Positions 30,255-39,836 of a stretch of 64,000 bases of DNA are shown in pieces (within the stretch, counting starts at the first letter, position 1; each line of letters begins with the position of its first letter). The stretch is from Candidatus Sumerlaeota bacterium (GTDB lineage Bacteria; Sumerlaeota; Sumerlaeia; SLMS01): positions 30,096 to 94,095 of the forward strand of contig JADLAR010000020.1 in assembly GCA_020848155.1 (NCBI GenBank), given 5' to 3'. Below the pieces are notes generated by a model that saw only the letters and a list, made by a program, of their open reading frames with translations, had not been told where the DNA came from and made no database searches. Position numbers and translations under genes: made by a program.

Positions 30255-30304
30255 GTTGAACGAGGCCATATTTTCGAAGGCGCGGACACCCGTCCGCGCT
30301 TTCC

Positions 30305-31441
30305 TTATTTTCGGGTGACGATGGCGTAGACGATTGGAATCACCACCGCGAGCGCGGCAATCACGGCAAGCGTGATCTTCACATAACTCCATGGACGTTC
30401 ACCGGACACTTCGCCTGTGCGCGCATTGATGACCACGCGATAGGTCTTCTCACGCAGGCGATAAGCCGACATCCACAGTGGCATCAGCACATGCTTGAAC
30501 GTCACACCGTCCACCTGCGTGCGGATCTCCGTGATGCGCTGTTCATCGCCTCCGATGTGCCGCCGCACCAGTTCCTCTATCTCCGAATCCATGATCGTGC
30601 GCGCAGTTGCGTATCCGTCGGCGAGGCCAACCTGATAGCGTTCCGTGCGGAAGCCGCTCAGGTAGTCCTCGCGAAACGGTTGTAGAGCATTCAAGCCCCA
30701 CGGCTCCAGTTGGCGCACCAACTCGCTGGGGACGCTGCGCGAGGCGCACACCAAGACATCATTGAAGAAGTGGTTCACATTGCCGGAAACAGGTGTCCAA
30801 CTTGTTCGTCGTTCCTGGCGGCGGTTCTTTCCCGAACCCACCGTCACGTAGTAGTGCTCGCCGCGCTGGCCGGTGTAAAAACTCCATGTCATCGCGTCAT
30901 ACGTCCAGAAGGGAACATACAACCCGGCGATGCGCCCAAGTTCCGCGGCGTACTTGAACTTGTTTGGAGCAAACCAGCGGGACTTCACCCAGGCCTTGAA
31001 CTGCGCGCGGGCCTGCATGTCTGTGATGCCAAAGGGAAGCACCGCCTTTGGCTCAATGATCGGCCGGGGAGTGGTGATGGGATTGACCAGATGGGTGCCG
31101 CAGAAGGGGCATTCGTCCGTCACCGTTGAGCTGTTCATCATGACGACAGCGCCGCAGCCCGTGCAGCGGCGCTCGCCCTCGATGCCCCGCAGAACCCGCT
31201 CCGCCACATCCCCTTCGCACACAAACTTCTCGAAGGGCTGCTCCTGAATTTCCTCTGCCGATTGCGGGATTTGCTTCACAAAGCCGCAATGCTGGCACAC
31301 GAGCGTCGTCGTTCCGGGGGCGTAGACCATTCCGGCTCCGCACTGTTCACACGGGAATAGTCGGTCGACGGGGATCACTGGTGCTGGATTGTTCGCCGAA
31401 GTCGGCACTGAGCGGATACTCCTGGCACTCGTGGCAGGCAC
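30305..31441 (-). CDS. double zinc-ribbon protein with C-terminal TM anchor (YdjG-like)
   Basis: Two CxxC...CxxC ribbons ('CEQCGAGM...CQHCGF', 'CTGCGAV...CPFCGT'), C-terminal TM 'ITLAVIAALAVVIPIVYAIV'. 12 nt downstream of the SPFH gene. Confidence 0.6.
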   Translation of the reverse strand: MPATSARSIRSVPTSANNPAPVIPVDRLFPCEQCGAGMVYAPGTTTLVCQHCGFVKQIPQSAEEIQEQPFEKFVCEGDVAERVLRGIEGERRCTGCGAVVMMNSSTVTDECPFCGTHLVNPITTPRPIIEPKAVLPFGITDMQARAQFKAWVKSRWFAPNKFKYAAELGRIAGLYVPFWTYDAMTWSFYTGQRGEHYYVTVGSGKNRRQERRTSWTPVSGNVNHFFNDVLVCASRSVPSELVRQLEPWGLNALQPFREDYLSGFRTERYQVGLADGYATARTIMDSEIEELVRRHIGGDEQRITEIRTQVDGVTFKHVLMPLWMSAYRLREKTYRVVINARTGEVSGERPWSYVKITLAVIAALAVVIPIVYAIVTRK

Positions 31442-31453
31442 CTTGGTGCGTTG

Positions 31454-32548
31454 TTACTTCGGCAATGGTGGTGGAGCAGCGAAAAAGGAAATCAACTCGG
31501 CCACCTTGTCCGCCGATTCCCATCCGGCCATTCCCTGTCTCCAGACCGGTGTCTCACGAGTGACCTCACCTGCCGAGATTTTTTCGCGCAGGACATCATC
31601 ATTGAACGGACCAGCCTGCTGTCCCCCAATCGCGGCATACCACGCGGCGGCACTTGCCGGCTTGTTCAGTGGCGGAGGCACATTGCTCCCCGCGCCCCCG
31701 GGCGTCATCGCATTCGTCATGTGATTTCCCATCGCAAGGCCGGCGGCGAGGCTGGCGCCAAGGCCGGCAAGGCCCGCCGGATTTTTCGCCGCATCGCCAA
31801 GCGCCTCCGCGGCCTGAAACTTCATGTAGGCGTCAAGGTTGCCAAGGATTCCCATCGACGTGCGCTTGTCGAGGATCTCCTCAACATTCGGTGGCAGCGA
31901 GATGTTTTCAATCAGCAGGATCGGAACGCCCAACCCCATCGCGGCGAAGTCCGGCGCAATGCGTTGACGGACGAACTCGCCAAGCTCGTCAAGATTTCCC
32001 GCCATGTCGATGGCGGGAATGCCGGAGCTTGCCAGTGCATCGCAGGTGCGAGTCACGATCAGATTCCTCAACTGCCCCGTGATATCGACCGTGGTGAATT
32101 GCGGGTTCGTGGAGAGTAATTCGCGCAGGAACTTTTCGCCGTCGATCACCTGGATTGCGTAGGATCCAAAGGAACGGATTCGCAGGGCTCCAAATTCCTT
32201 GTCACGGATCATGAAGGGGTTCTGCGTCCCCCACTTTTGATCGACGAAGCGGCGCGTGGCGACGAAGTACACCTCCGCCTTGAAGGGGGACTCGAAGCCA
32301 TACTTCCAGCCCTTCAGTTTTCCCAGGATGGGAAGGTTTTTCGTCTCCAGCGTGTGTGTCCCGGGGCGGAAGACGTCCGCCAACTGGCCTTCATTGACGA
32401 AGATTGCCATCTGGCCTTCGCGAACGACCAGCTTGGCGCCATGCTTGATTTCATTGTCGCCACGCGGATAGCGCCACGCCATGACGTCGCTGCCGGACGC
32501 CTCGTTCCATTCGATGATGTCGATCAGTTCATTCTTGAGAAAGTCCAT
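31454..32548 (-). CDS. SPFH/band-7 domain protein with C-terminal GYF-like (DUF4339) domain
   Basis: SPFH core after start MDFLKNELID. Ala/Gly-rich linker. C-terminal 'WYAAIGGQQAGPFNDDVLREKISAGEVTRETPVWRQGMAGWESADKV'. Start ±3 nt. Confidence 0.75.
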   Translation of the reverse strand: MDFLKNELIDIIEWNEASGSDVMAWRYPRGDNEIKHGAKLVVREGQMAIFVNEGQLADVFRPGTHTLETKNLPILGKLKGWKYGFESPFKAEVYFVATRRFVDQKWGTQNPFMIRDKEFGALRIRSFGSYAIQVIDGEKFLRELLSTNPQFTTVDITGQLRNLIVTRTCDALASSGIPAIDMAGNLDELGEFVRQRIAPDFAAMGLGVPILLIENISLPPNVEEILDKRTSMGILGNLDAYMKFQAAEALGDAAKNPAGLAGLGASLAAGLAMGNHMTNAMTPGGAGSNVPPPLNKPASAAAWYAAIGGQQAGPFNDDVLREKISAGEVTRETPVWRQGMAGWESADKVAELISFFAAPPPLPK

Positions 32549-32637
32549 CAAGCCCACGGCGGTCCACCTCGTGAAGGAAAGTGAATTGAGTGCAGCGGTT
32601 TCACTACGAATCCGCGAGCACAATATTCAAGAATGAG

Positions 32638-34362
32638 TCAGAATACCGTCCACAAGTCAGCAGGTGGAACTTGAAACTTTGTGTCCCGAGCGATCAGCAC
32701 CGGCTCGTTCTCCATCGCATCGTACATGTCCAGGAAGGCCTGTGTCGCCGCCGTGGGGTCCCCGCGCAGGAAATTGACATGCTTCGGAGGAATCGTCTGA
32801 AACAACATCTCAACATCCAGTTGGACATTTTCCTGGGCGACTGCCAGCGGAAACTCGTAGGTGACGAGGTCCGTGCCCGATCCCTGGCCGTCCGGCCCAA
32901 TGTTGAAGTTCGGGTCACTTGCCGCCTCGCCATAGATTCCTGTGTGCTCGATGTCGGGCCCCGTTGTCTTGAAGCCCTTTGGCGGGAGGCGGTTGTCCTT
33001 CAGGTAATGAGTTGCCGACAGGAGATGGTTCGCCACCTCGCCCGCGCTGTCGCCGATGATCGACTCGTAAATCTGCGCCTGTGTTTCCGATGTGATGACG
33101 TCATGATGCGGTTCAAACGGCTCGTCCAAACCCTCAATCTCGTATGCGGCGTCAAAGTTCCCGGATTCGAAGAACGCGTTGCCATTCGTGCGATCCCGTG
33201 CCACGAAGTGAATCCACGCGCGACGACGCGGATAGCCGGTCGGTAACTTGTGCCCCGCAAGGTTCGTGACCTTCACCTGCACGCGAAGGTTCGGACCCAC
33301 AACCTTCATGCTGACGATTTCGAGGGTTGCCGTCTGCTCGCGCAGCATCTTGCGCGTCTCCAGGATTGTTGCGGAGAAATTTTCCGTGCTCGCACTCAGG
33401 CTCAATTCGTCGATGTTGTTGCTGAGCATCTGAAGCATGAAGACATTCGACCCCACGAATGAGTGCTTCCAGAACGGAAGACGCGGATCGCCCTGCGGAA
33501 AATTGGAAATAATGATCGGCTCCTTTGCCCGCGGCATGTGGCAATCCTGGCAACTCTTCAGGTCGCCCACGGAGGAATAGATACTGTTCTTCCACTCCTG
33601 ATAGGGCGTTTGTTCGGGAAACTCACCGACTTTCACATTCTGCTCATTGAAGATTGGCGTGAACAATGTATGGCAGGTCGCGCAGAGCGCCGAATCCTGC
33701 TTGTGCGCGCCAAATTTCGGCGTGAAGCCAACGGAGCTTTCCATGAAGAACGGGTCCACATCGTCGTACGGTCCGAAAATTTCATGCGTGTCCTTGATGA
33801 TGTAACCACCTGAGAAGCTTTCATGCTGTCCCAGGTTATCCGGCTGAATCTGGTGACACATAGTGCAGCTCACGCCATCCAACGCCGCGATTTCCGTGCG
33901 TGCCTTCGCCAGTGAATAATGTGGATCCGTCGGGGGGGTCGCATGCGCCGCATCGTAGCGATACTGCGTGCTCCCCGCCGGTGCGTGACAACGCAGGCAC
34001 TCATCCTCGATCTCGGCTTGCAGCGCGGGACGCCGTTTCACCTCCTCCTCAATGATCGACTGGAAATATGGGTCCTTGAAGGAGTTTGCCATCATCGTTG
34101 AACGCCAGTTGGTCGGCATCGACAAGTCTTCACCGGCGCTCGTGACAAGCACCGTACCGTCAGTAACGTGACAAATGTTGCAAGCGCGTGGCCCCATGAA
34201 CAGGCTTGTGGTATAGGCGCGCAATGGCTGGCCCGAGGACGCCCCCCGCGCCTTTCCGCGCGGGGAGCCACTGGTGGCAACGGCCGCAACAGCACCCGCC
34301 GCCATGAGGAGAAGAAGTACAACGCGAACCAACTGCGTCCTGCGAAGTTGACCGAGTGCCAT
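32638..34362 (-). CDS. secreted pentaheme c-type cytochrome
   Basis: Signal peptide. Five CxxCH motifs (CNICH, CLRCH, CTMCH, CATCH, CQDCH). 574 aa. Confidence 0.8.
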   Translation of the reverse strand: MALGQLRRTQLVRVVLLLLMAAGAVAAVATSGSPRGKARGASSGQPLRAYTTSLFMGPRACNICHVTDGTVLVTSAGEDLSMPTNWRSTMMANSFKDPYFQSIIEEEVKRRPALQAEIEDECLRCHAPAGSTQYRYDAAHATPPTDPHYSLAKARTEIAALDGVSCTMCHQIQPDNLGQHESFSGGYIIKDTHEIFGPYDDVDPFFMESSVGFTPKFGAHKQDSALCATCHTLFTPIFNEQNVKVGEFPEQTPYQEWKNSIYSSVGDLKSCQDCHMPRAKEPIIISNFPQGDPRLPFWKHSFVGSNVFMLQMLSNNIDELSLSASTENFSATILETRKMLREQTATLEIVSMKVVGPNLRVQVKVTNLAGHKLPTGYPRRRAWIHFVARDRTNGNAFFESGNFDAAYEIEGLDEPFEPHHDVITSETQAQIYESIIGDSAGEVANHLLSATHYLKDNRLPPKGFKTTGPDIEHTGIYGEAASDPNFNIGPDGQGSGTDLVTYEFPLAVAQENVQLDVEMLFQTIPPKHVNFLRGDPTAATQAFLDMYDAMENEPVLIARDTKFQVPPADLWTVF

Positions 34363-34374
34363 GATGCTGCTTCC

Positions 34375-36234
34375 TTACCGGATAATCCAAAGGTCGCTCG
34401 TGAGCGGGCCAGTGCCTGTCGGACTCACCGAAGGTGTCGGCGAATCGGTGGGATTTGGTGTGACAGATGGGGTCGCAGTGAACGACGGAGTCGGTGTCGG
34501 AGTTCCCGGAGTCGGAGTTGGTGAATCTGTCGGTGACGGTGAACTGGTCGGCGATGGGGTGCTGCTTGCGGTCGGGGAAATGGTCGGTGACGGTGTTTCC
34601 GACGGGCTGGGTGAAGGCGAGGAAGTAGGCGACAAAGTGGGTGATGGGGACGGTGTTGGCGTTGGGGAATCGACCGGGCCTTTGACGATCGTGATGTACT
34701 GGTCGACGGCAATTGCCGATGCGGTCTGCCACGAGCCGTCGGGCCATTTCACGCGAACGGTGACGGGCGATGCGTTGCCGCCCAATCCGAAATGCACGGG
34801 CAGGTCGCTCTGGTTGAACGTGCCAATGTTGGTGTTGGCCTCGCGGCGGCGCGTCTTCTCCCCCGGCAGTCCCGGATCCGTTGTTACATATACCTGCGAG
34901 CCGATGGCGGTGGAGTTGGATCCCGCCTGCCGAAGCCGCACATGAAGCCAGTGATTGCCATTCCCGCTGGCGTTGCTGCGAAAAAAGCGCTCCGGGGTCG
35001 ATGATCCCGTCGGGGCCACCAGGTCCATGTCGCCATCGCGATCGAAGTCCGCCCAAACGCTGTCATACGCGCCGCGGCCCGACTCATGCAGTCCCTCGGC
35101 AACTGTCACATCCGTGAACTCCCAGTTTCCATCGTTGCGGTAAAGCTTCCTCGCAAGGCCGCCCAGGTTGTTGTGGAAGAACAAATCCAGATCGCCGTCG
35201 TTGTCATAGTCCACGGCCTTTGACCCGTTCAGGTCCGTCCCCGTGTCGGACAGCAAGGAGTGCCCTGTGACGGTATCAATATCCGTCCAGACCCCCGCAC
35301 CGTCGTTGCGCCAAATCTTGGAATTGTTTTCGTCCGACCCTGTCAGGTACAGATCAAGGTCACCATCATCATCCAAGTCAACAAACTCGCACCCATAACT
35401 GTTGAGCATGAACTGGGTGCCATTGCTGTCTGCCATGTCCTCGAATAAAAGTGAACCGTTCGTGGCCGTGCGGTTCATGAAGAAGTTGTTGCGAATGTTG
35501 CCCGCGTCACCTTGTCCATTGCAGGTTGAAACGTACAGGTCAGGATACCCGTCCCCATCAACGTCACCGACTGCGGTCCCATATCCCTTGATGCCGTACG
35601 GCACTTGAAGGCCGACGGCCGAACCGGACTGAGTGAAGGTCTTCGTCGCGAAGTCCTGCACGTAAAGCTCGTGAGGCTGGGGCCCCTCCATGATGATGAA
35701 AAGATCAAGGTCGCCGTCACGGTCGGCGTCGGCCCAGGCAACGTTTTGTGCAAATCCCGGATCGGCCACGCCTGCCGAATTGCTGATGTTTGTAAAGGTC
35801 TCGTCGCCGTTGTTGAGAAACAGGTCGCCGCTGGCGGCACCGGGATTTGCCTCACCCAGGAACACGTCGACATCATCATCGCCGTCGTAGTCGCCCCACG
35901 CGGCGCTCCATCCGGCCGTGTCAGACGCAAAAACTCCCGAAGTGCTCGTAATGTCCGTGAAGGTGAGCGTGCCTGTTTCTGCCAATTCATTCCGCCAAAG
36001 CGCATGCGGAGACAGGGTGTTGCTCAAACTTCCCTGGAAAAGGAGGTCCAAGTCACCATCATTGTCGATATCCGCCGCAGACGCACTGAACGCATTGTAC
36101 GTCGCAGCGGAATTAAAGATCACGCTGCCAGACTCGGTGAACGTCTGCGCAAAGGCCACACCCGTCGCAGAAAGCAGGCCGACAAGAGCCACGAAAAACG
36201 CACGCCGGCGCAGGAAAAAAATGGTATGTGTCAC
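34375..36234 (-). CDS. CRTAC1-family protein (FG-GAP repeats + UnbV/ASPIC domain) with C-terminal Pro/Thr-rich tail
   Basis: Seven 'DxDxDGDxDL' FG-GAP repeats. UnbV-like '[10 protein letters not shown]...VKWPDGSW'. GTG start at 36234 (GGAGGA upstream) gives a signal peptide [21 protein letters not shown]. 13-nt gap to the cytochrome gene. Confidence 0.8.
   Translation of the reverse strand: MTHTIFFLRRRAFFVALVGLLSATGVAFAQTFTESGSVIFNSAATYNAFSASAADIDNDGDLDLLFQGSLSNTLSPHALWRNELAETGTLTFTDITSTSGVFASDTAGWSAAWGDYDGDDDVDVFLGEANPGAASGDLFLNNGDETFTNISNSAGVADPGFAQNVAWADADRDGDLDLFIIMEGPQPHELYVQDFATKTFTQSGSAVGLQVPYGIKGYGTAVGDVDGDGYPDLYVSTCNGQGDAGNIRNNFFMNRTATNGSLLFEDMADSNGTQFMLNSYGCEFVDLDDDGDLDLYLTGSDENNSKIWRNDGAGVWTDIDTVTGHSLLSDTGTDLNGSKAVDYDNDGDLDLFFHNNLGGLARKLYRNDGNWEFTDVTVAEGLHESGRGAYDSVWADFDRDGDMDLVAPTGSSTPERFFRSNASGNGNHWLHVRLRQAGSNSTAIGSQVYVTTDPGLPGEKTRRREANTNIGTFNQSDLPVHFGLGGNASPVTVRVKWPDGSWQTASAIAVDQYITIVKGPVDSPTPTPSPSPTLSPTSSPSPSPSETPSPTISPTASSTPSPTSSPSPTDSPTPTPGTPTPTPSFTATPSVTPNPTDSPTPSVSPTGTGPLTSDLWIIR
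34395..34700 (-). repeat. low-complexity repeat DNA encoding the (P/T/S)n tail of the CRTAC1 protein
   Basis: Encodes [88 protein letters not shown]. Confidence 0.5.
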
Positions 36235-36323
36235 AAGATCCTCCACCAGCACAACCCTGCCGCGTCTTAACTCGGACTGCGCCGGATTGTGCGCAGCATC
36301 GTCCTCAAGGCAAGCAGAACGTA

Positions 36324-36992
36324 TCAGCGTGCGAGGGAATCGACGGCTGCTTCTTCCACTTTCGGAGCCTCGTCGGCCTTGGGCACAATTCCCTTCAATT
36401 CACCAATTGAAGGAAGTTGTTCCAAGTCCTTGAGGCCAAAGGTCTTGAGAAAAACGTCCGTGGTGCCATAGATCGGAGGACGACCAAGCACCTCCTTGCG
36501 GCCCATGATCTCCACAAGGCCGGCGTCCTGAAGAGAACGGAGCACCGAGCCGCAGTCCACTCCACGGATCGACTCCACTTCTGCGCGCGTGAGCGGCTGT
36601 TTGTAGGCAACAATCGAAAGCGTCTCCAGCAGCGCAGGCGAAAGCGCGGTGCGGCGACGATGCTTGTGCAGGCGAAGGATCCAGTCTGCGACTTCCGTTC
36701 GCGTTGCCACCTGCCAGCCTCCCGCGACTTCCATGAGCATGAGGCCCGACGTGGGTTGCGCATAGCGCGCGCGGATTTTCTCCAGCGCGGCCGCCACCTC
36801 CTCATCGGGCACGCCATTCATGAGCAGGCCCAGCTTGGAAACCGTATAGGCCTGCGTTGCGGCGAAAAGCAGCGCCTCCAGCACGGACTCAACTTCACTT
36901 CCGCGGGGAGCGGGCAGTTCAGGATCGATTGCGTCCTGCTCGGCCGCATTCGCTTCGGTACTTCTATTCTTGTCGGTGATATCTTCAGCCAA
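36324..36992 (-). CDS. scpB: segregation and condensation protein B
   Basis: '[17 protein letters not shown]', two winged-helix repeats. 8-nt overlap with scpA. Confidence 0.85.
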   Translation of the reverse strand: MAEDITDKNRSTEANAAEQDAIDPELPAPRGSEVESVLEALLFAATQAYTVSKLGLLMNGVPDEEVAAALEKIRARYAQPTSGLMLMEVAGGWQVATRTEVADWILRLHKHRRRTALSPALLETLSIVAYKQPLTRAEVESIRGVDCGSVLRSLQDAGLVEIMGRKEVLGRPPIYGTTDVFLKTFGLKDLEQLPSIGELKGIVPKADEAPKVEEAAVDSLAR

Positions 36993-37743
36993 CGTAGATC
37001 ACTTTTTCATCCCAAGGTTCGATCAGGATATCCTCAAAGATGTCCGCCTGGGCGAGTGTTATTTCTCGCAACCGCGCAAGTTCCAGAATGGCGAGGAAGT
37101 AGCAGATCACTTCCCCCTTGGAAACGCACGCCTCGAAGACGCGGGCCAGATTGACCTGCTTCTGCATGCGAAGGCGCTCGCGGATTTGCACGACCTTCTC
37201 CTCCACCGTGAAGCTCTCGGCGGCGACATGGTGATTTGCCATCGTTCGCACGCGCTTGAGCACCGTCGCAAAGGCATCAAAGAGCATCAGGATGTCGTGC
37301 CGTGGCAATTCACGATTTGCGCCGGGAATCACCTGGATCACGTTGGCGCGATAGAAAATCCTGCTATTCTCTTCCTCCCGGGCACGCAAGTCGCGCGTTA
37401 GCTCCTTGAAGCGGCGAAACTCCACGAGCCGCCGGACGAGTTCCTGCGTGCTCATGATTTCGTCGATTTCCTCCTCTGCCGTGAGCTCCTCTTCCTCTGG
37501 GTTTCGTGGCAGCAGTGAACGGCTCTTGATGTTGAGCAGGGTTGCCGCCATCACGAGGTAATCGCCGGCAATCTCCAGATTGAGTTCCCGCATCGTGGCC
37601 AGATAATCCATGTACTGCTTTGTGATCGTGGAAATCTCGATATCGTAAATGTCCATCTCGCTGATCTTCACAAGGTGAAGCAGCAGGTCCAATGGACCCT
37701 CAAAGACTTCCAGCCGGATTCGATGAGTGGGATGAACTTCCAT
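36985..37743 (-). CDS. scpA: segregation and condensation protein A
   Basis: 'FEGPLDLLLHLVKISEMDIYDIEISTITKQY' kleisin N-terminus. 252 aa. Confidence 0.85.
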   Translation of the reverse strand: MEVHPTHRIRLEVFEGPLDLLLHLVKISEMDIYDIEISTITKQYMDYLATMRELNLEIAGDYLVMAATLLNIKSRSLLPRNPEEEELTAEEEIDEIMSTQELVRRLVEFRRFKELTRDLRAREEENSRIFYRANVIQVIPGANRELPRHDILMLFDAFATVLKRVRTMANHHVAAESFTVEEKVVQIRERLRMQKQVNLARVFEACVSKGEVICYFLAILELARLREITLAQADIFEDILIEPWDEKVIYVG

Positions 37744-38051
37744 GATCGTTGTTCGCTAATCCGTGATGCGCCGGTGCCTCTTAAAGCAAGGACAAAGGGG
37801 AAGTTGTGAAGAACTTTTAGCTCCACTCATCGCGCAAAGGTGTGCAAACGGATTTTTTGAAAGCGGGAAAAGAGACGCAACGACTGTTCAAATGAGGCTC
37901 GGATTGGTCCAAATTCACTATTCTGTCATTGACGGATGCCGTCGCCGTCCTGATGGATTTGCCCGTGCCTGCAACATAATAGCGAATTTTCCAGCGAAAT
38001 GGTGTAACGGCACCTGCCCCTTTTTGAACTTACAAGATAGGTAAAAATCCC

Positions 38052-38627
38052 ATGTCGGCTCTCAACAAAATGTCTCCTCCCAAGGAATCCGGCACTTCTC
38101 ATGGTACAACATTGGAAGCGGCCCAAATCGAAGAAAAACAACATCTTACGATTCGTGACATCGCACGCATGACGGGCTTCAGCCGCTCAACAGTGTCGCT
38201 TGCAATCAACAATGATCCACGCATCAATGATGCGACAAAGCTTGATATCATGAACACCATCAAGCGGGTGGGCTATCAGCCGAACGCCGCCGCGCAGGCC
38301 ATTGGTGCCCGGAACGGCAAGGTGAGCGCCTCACGCAAGGGAGGGCCTCGTGCAGAGAAGCCCTACAAGGTTTCGCAGGCCCGCCTCCGCTCATATGTCG
38401 GGAATTTCACGGAGCGGAAGATTTCGCTTCGTAATGGGTCACTTCACTACTACCACCATTTCTACAAGACTGAGCATCGCCTCATCCCCGTCTCCCTGGA
38501 CACCTTCGCGGTGGAGGGGCTGAATTGGTTCCAGATGCGCTTTGTGTGCGATGACAGCGGGAAGCCGATCAAGATCATCGGCATGTACCTTGATCGCGAA
38601 CCGGACGAGTCCCTGCGCGACAACTGA
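38052..38627 (+). CDS. LacI-type HTH regulator with a short, non-canonical C-terminal domain
   Basis: HTH_LacI 'LTIRDIARMTGFSRSTVSLAINNDPRINDATKLDIMNTIKRVGYQPNAAAQAIG'. Only ~100 aa follow, with no periplasmic-binding-protein-like fold. Confidence 0.6.
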   Translation: MSALNKMSPPKESGTSHGTTLEAAQIEEKQHLTIRDIARMTGFSRSTVSLAINNDPRINDATKLDIMNTIKRVGYQPNAAAQAIGARNGKVSASRKGGPRAEKPYKVSQARLRSYVGNFTERKISLRNGSLHYYHHFYKTEHRLIPVSLDTFAVEGLNWFQMRFVCDDSGKPIKIIGMYLDREPDESLRDN

Positions 38628-38690
38628 CGGCCCGCTTTCCCCTTTCCCCCAGACCCTTCCCTCATTCTCCTGAAGTGAAGTCATTTTTGT

Positions 38691-38710
38691 GTGTCTATAT
38701 GTATAGACAC
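38691..38710. promoter_or_regulatory. perfect 20-bp palindrome (candidate operator)
   Basis: GTGTCTATA-TG-TATAGACAC, 9-bp perfect inverted arms with a 2-nt spacer (dyad on the central TG), 19 nt upstream of the GTG start at 38729 and 63 nt downstream of the LacI-like gene. Confidence 0.5.
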
Positions 38711-38728
38711 CACTAGGAGTCCTGAGCT

Positions 38729-39673
38729 GTGGCGCTTTCCGGTAAGAAGCTTGTGATCGGCGTGGATGGTGGCGGAACAAAGACCAATGGCGTGTTGATG
38801 GAGGAAGGTGGCCGCATCCTCGCGAGGACCACCGTCGGCAGCACAAACCCCCATTCGAATCCTGAGCAAAAGGTCCGCGAGGCCCTGCATTCAATGGTCG
38901 ACACGCTGCTGGATGACGGAAAGGCAACGCTCGACAACGTGGATGGCATTTGCATGGGGATGGCCGGCGCGGACCGCCCCGCGGATCGCGGTTTTCTGGA
39001 ACGCATCATCCGTGAAAAGATTGGTGCCACCAAGAAGCTCATCATCGTCAACGACGCTGTCGTTGCAATGGTGGCGGTGTTGGGAAAGCTTGATGGAATC
39101 CTGGTCATCGCAGGAACCGGATCGATCTGTTATGCCTTCAACCATGAAAAGGGGGAGTCCACTCGGGCAGGCGGGTGGGGACACCTGCTGGCTGACGAGG
39201 GTTCCGGATACGTCATCGGACTGTCGGCGCTGAAGGCGATCATGCGCGCGTTCGACCAACGCACCGCCGCCACATCACTGACAGATCGGATTCTAGCCGA
39301 GCTTAAGTTGAACGCACCACCAGATCTAGTTGGCTGGGTCTACATGGGCGGCAACGGCAAGACAGAGATTGCAGCCCTCTCACGCATTGTTCACGAGGAA
39401 GCCGAAAAGGGGGACGCCATTGCCTCGGCCATTCTTGCAGAGCAGGCTGATGAGTTGGTGGACATTGTGAAGGCGGTCTACAAGCGCCTGTTCACGGGCC
39501 GCAGCGGGGAAGTCAAGCTCGCACTGTGGGGCGGCAACCTCCTTAACGTGGAAAAATATCAGAAGCGCTTCATGGACGGGGTGAAGGCCACGGGCCATCC
39601 AGTGACGCCCGTGATTCGGCATGATGCAGAAGCCATGATAGGCGCCGCGCAGCACGCCCTGAACAACCTCTGA
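38729..39673 (+). CDS. BadF/BadG/BcrA/BcrD-type ATPase (N-acetylglucosamine-kinase-like)
   Basis: 'LVIGVDGGGTKTNGVLM' phosphate-1, 'VIAGTGS' phosphate-2, 'DEGSGY' adenosine motif. GTG start with AGGAGT RBS. Confidence 0.75.
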   Translation: MALSGKKLVIGVDGGGTKTNGVLMEEGGRILARTTVGSTNPHSNPEQKVREALHSMVDTLLDDGKATLDNVDGICMGMAGADRPADRGFLERIIREKIGATKKLIIVNDAVVAMVAVLGKLDGILVIAGTGSICYAFNHEKGESTRAGGWGHLLADEGSGYVIGLSALKAIMRAFDQRTAATSLTDRILAELKLNAPPDLVGWVYMGGNGKTEIAALSRIVHEEAEKGDAIASAILAEQADELVDIVKAVYKRLFTGRSGEVKLALWGGNLLNVEKYQKRFMDGVKATGHPVTPVIRHDAEAMIGAAQHALNNL

Positions 39674-39691
39674 TCATCGTGTCCGTTCCTC

Positions 39692-39752
39692 GGAATGAAA
39701 GGCGCCGCACCGTAGCCCGGTGCGGCGCCTTTCATTCCGCCTTCTTTTTTTT
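39692..39752 (+). terminator. rho-independent terminator
   Basis: GGAATGAAAGGCGCCGCACCG-tagc-CGGTGCGGCGCCTTTCATTCC followed by cgccTTCTTTTTTTT. ~20-bp GC-rich stem plus U-tract, 19 nt after the kinase-like gene stop. Confidence 0.75.
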
Positions 39753-39836
39753 GTAAACGATTGTTTATTTTTGCTTGCTTGCGCCCCCTCTTCCCCAGTA
39801 CTTGAACCATAGCATGACCCATAGGAGCACCAAGGC

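Noticed and set aside
35605-37154. Plus-strand ORFs (221, 171, 245 aa) antisense to CRTAC1 and scpB
   Set aside because: Minus-strand proteins have strong family signatures (FG-GAP/UnbV, ScpB). The plus frames are Arg-rich with no motifs.
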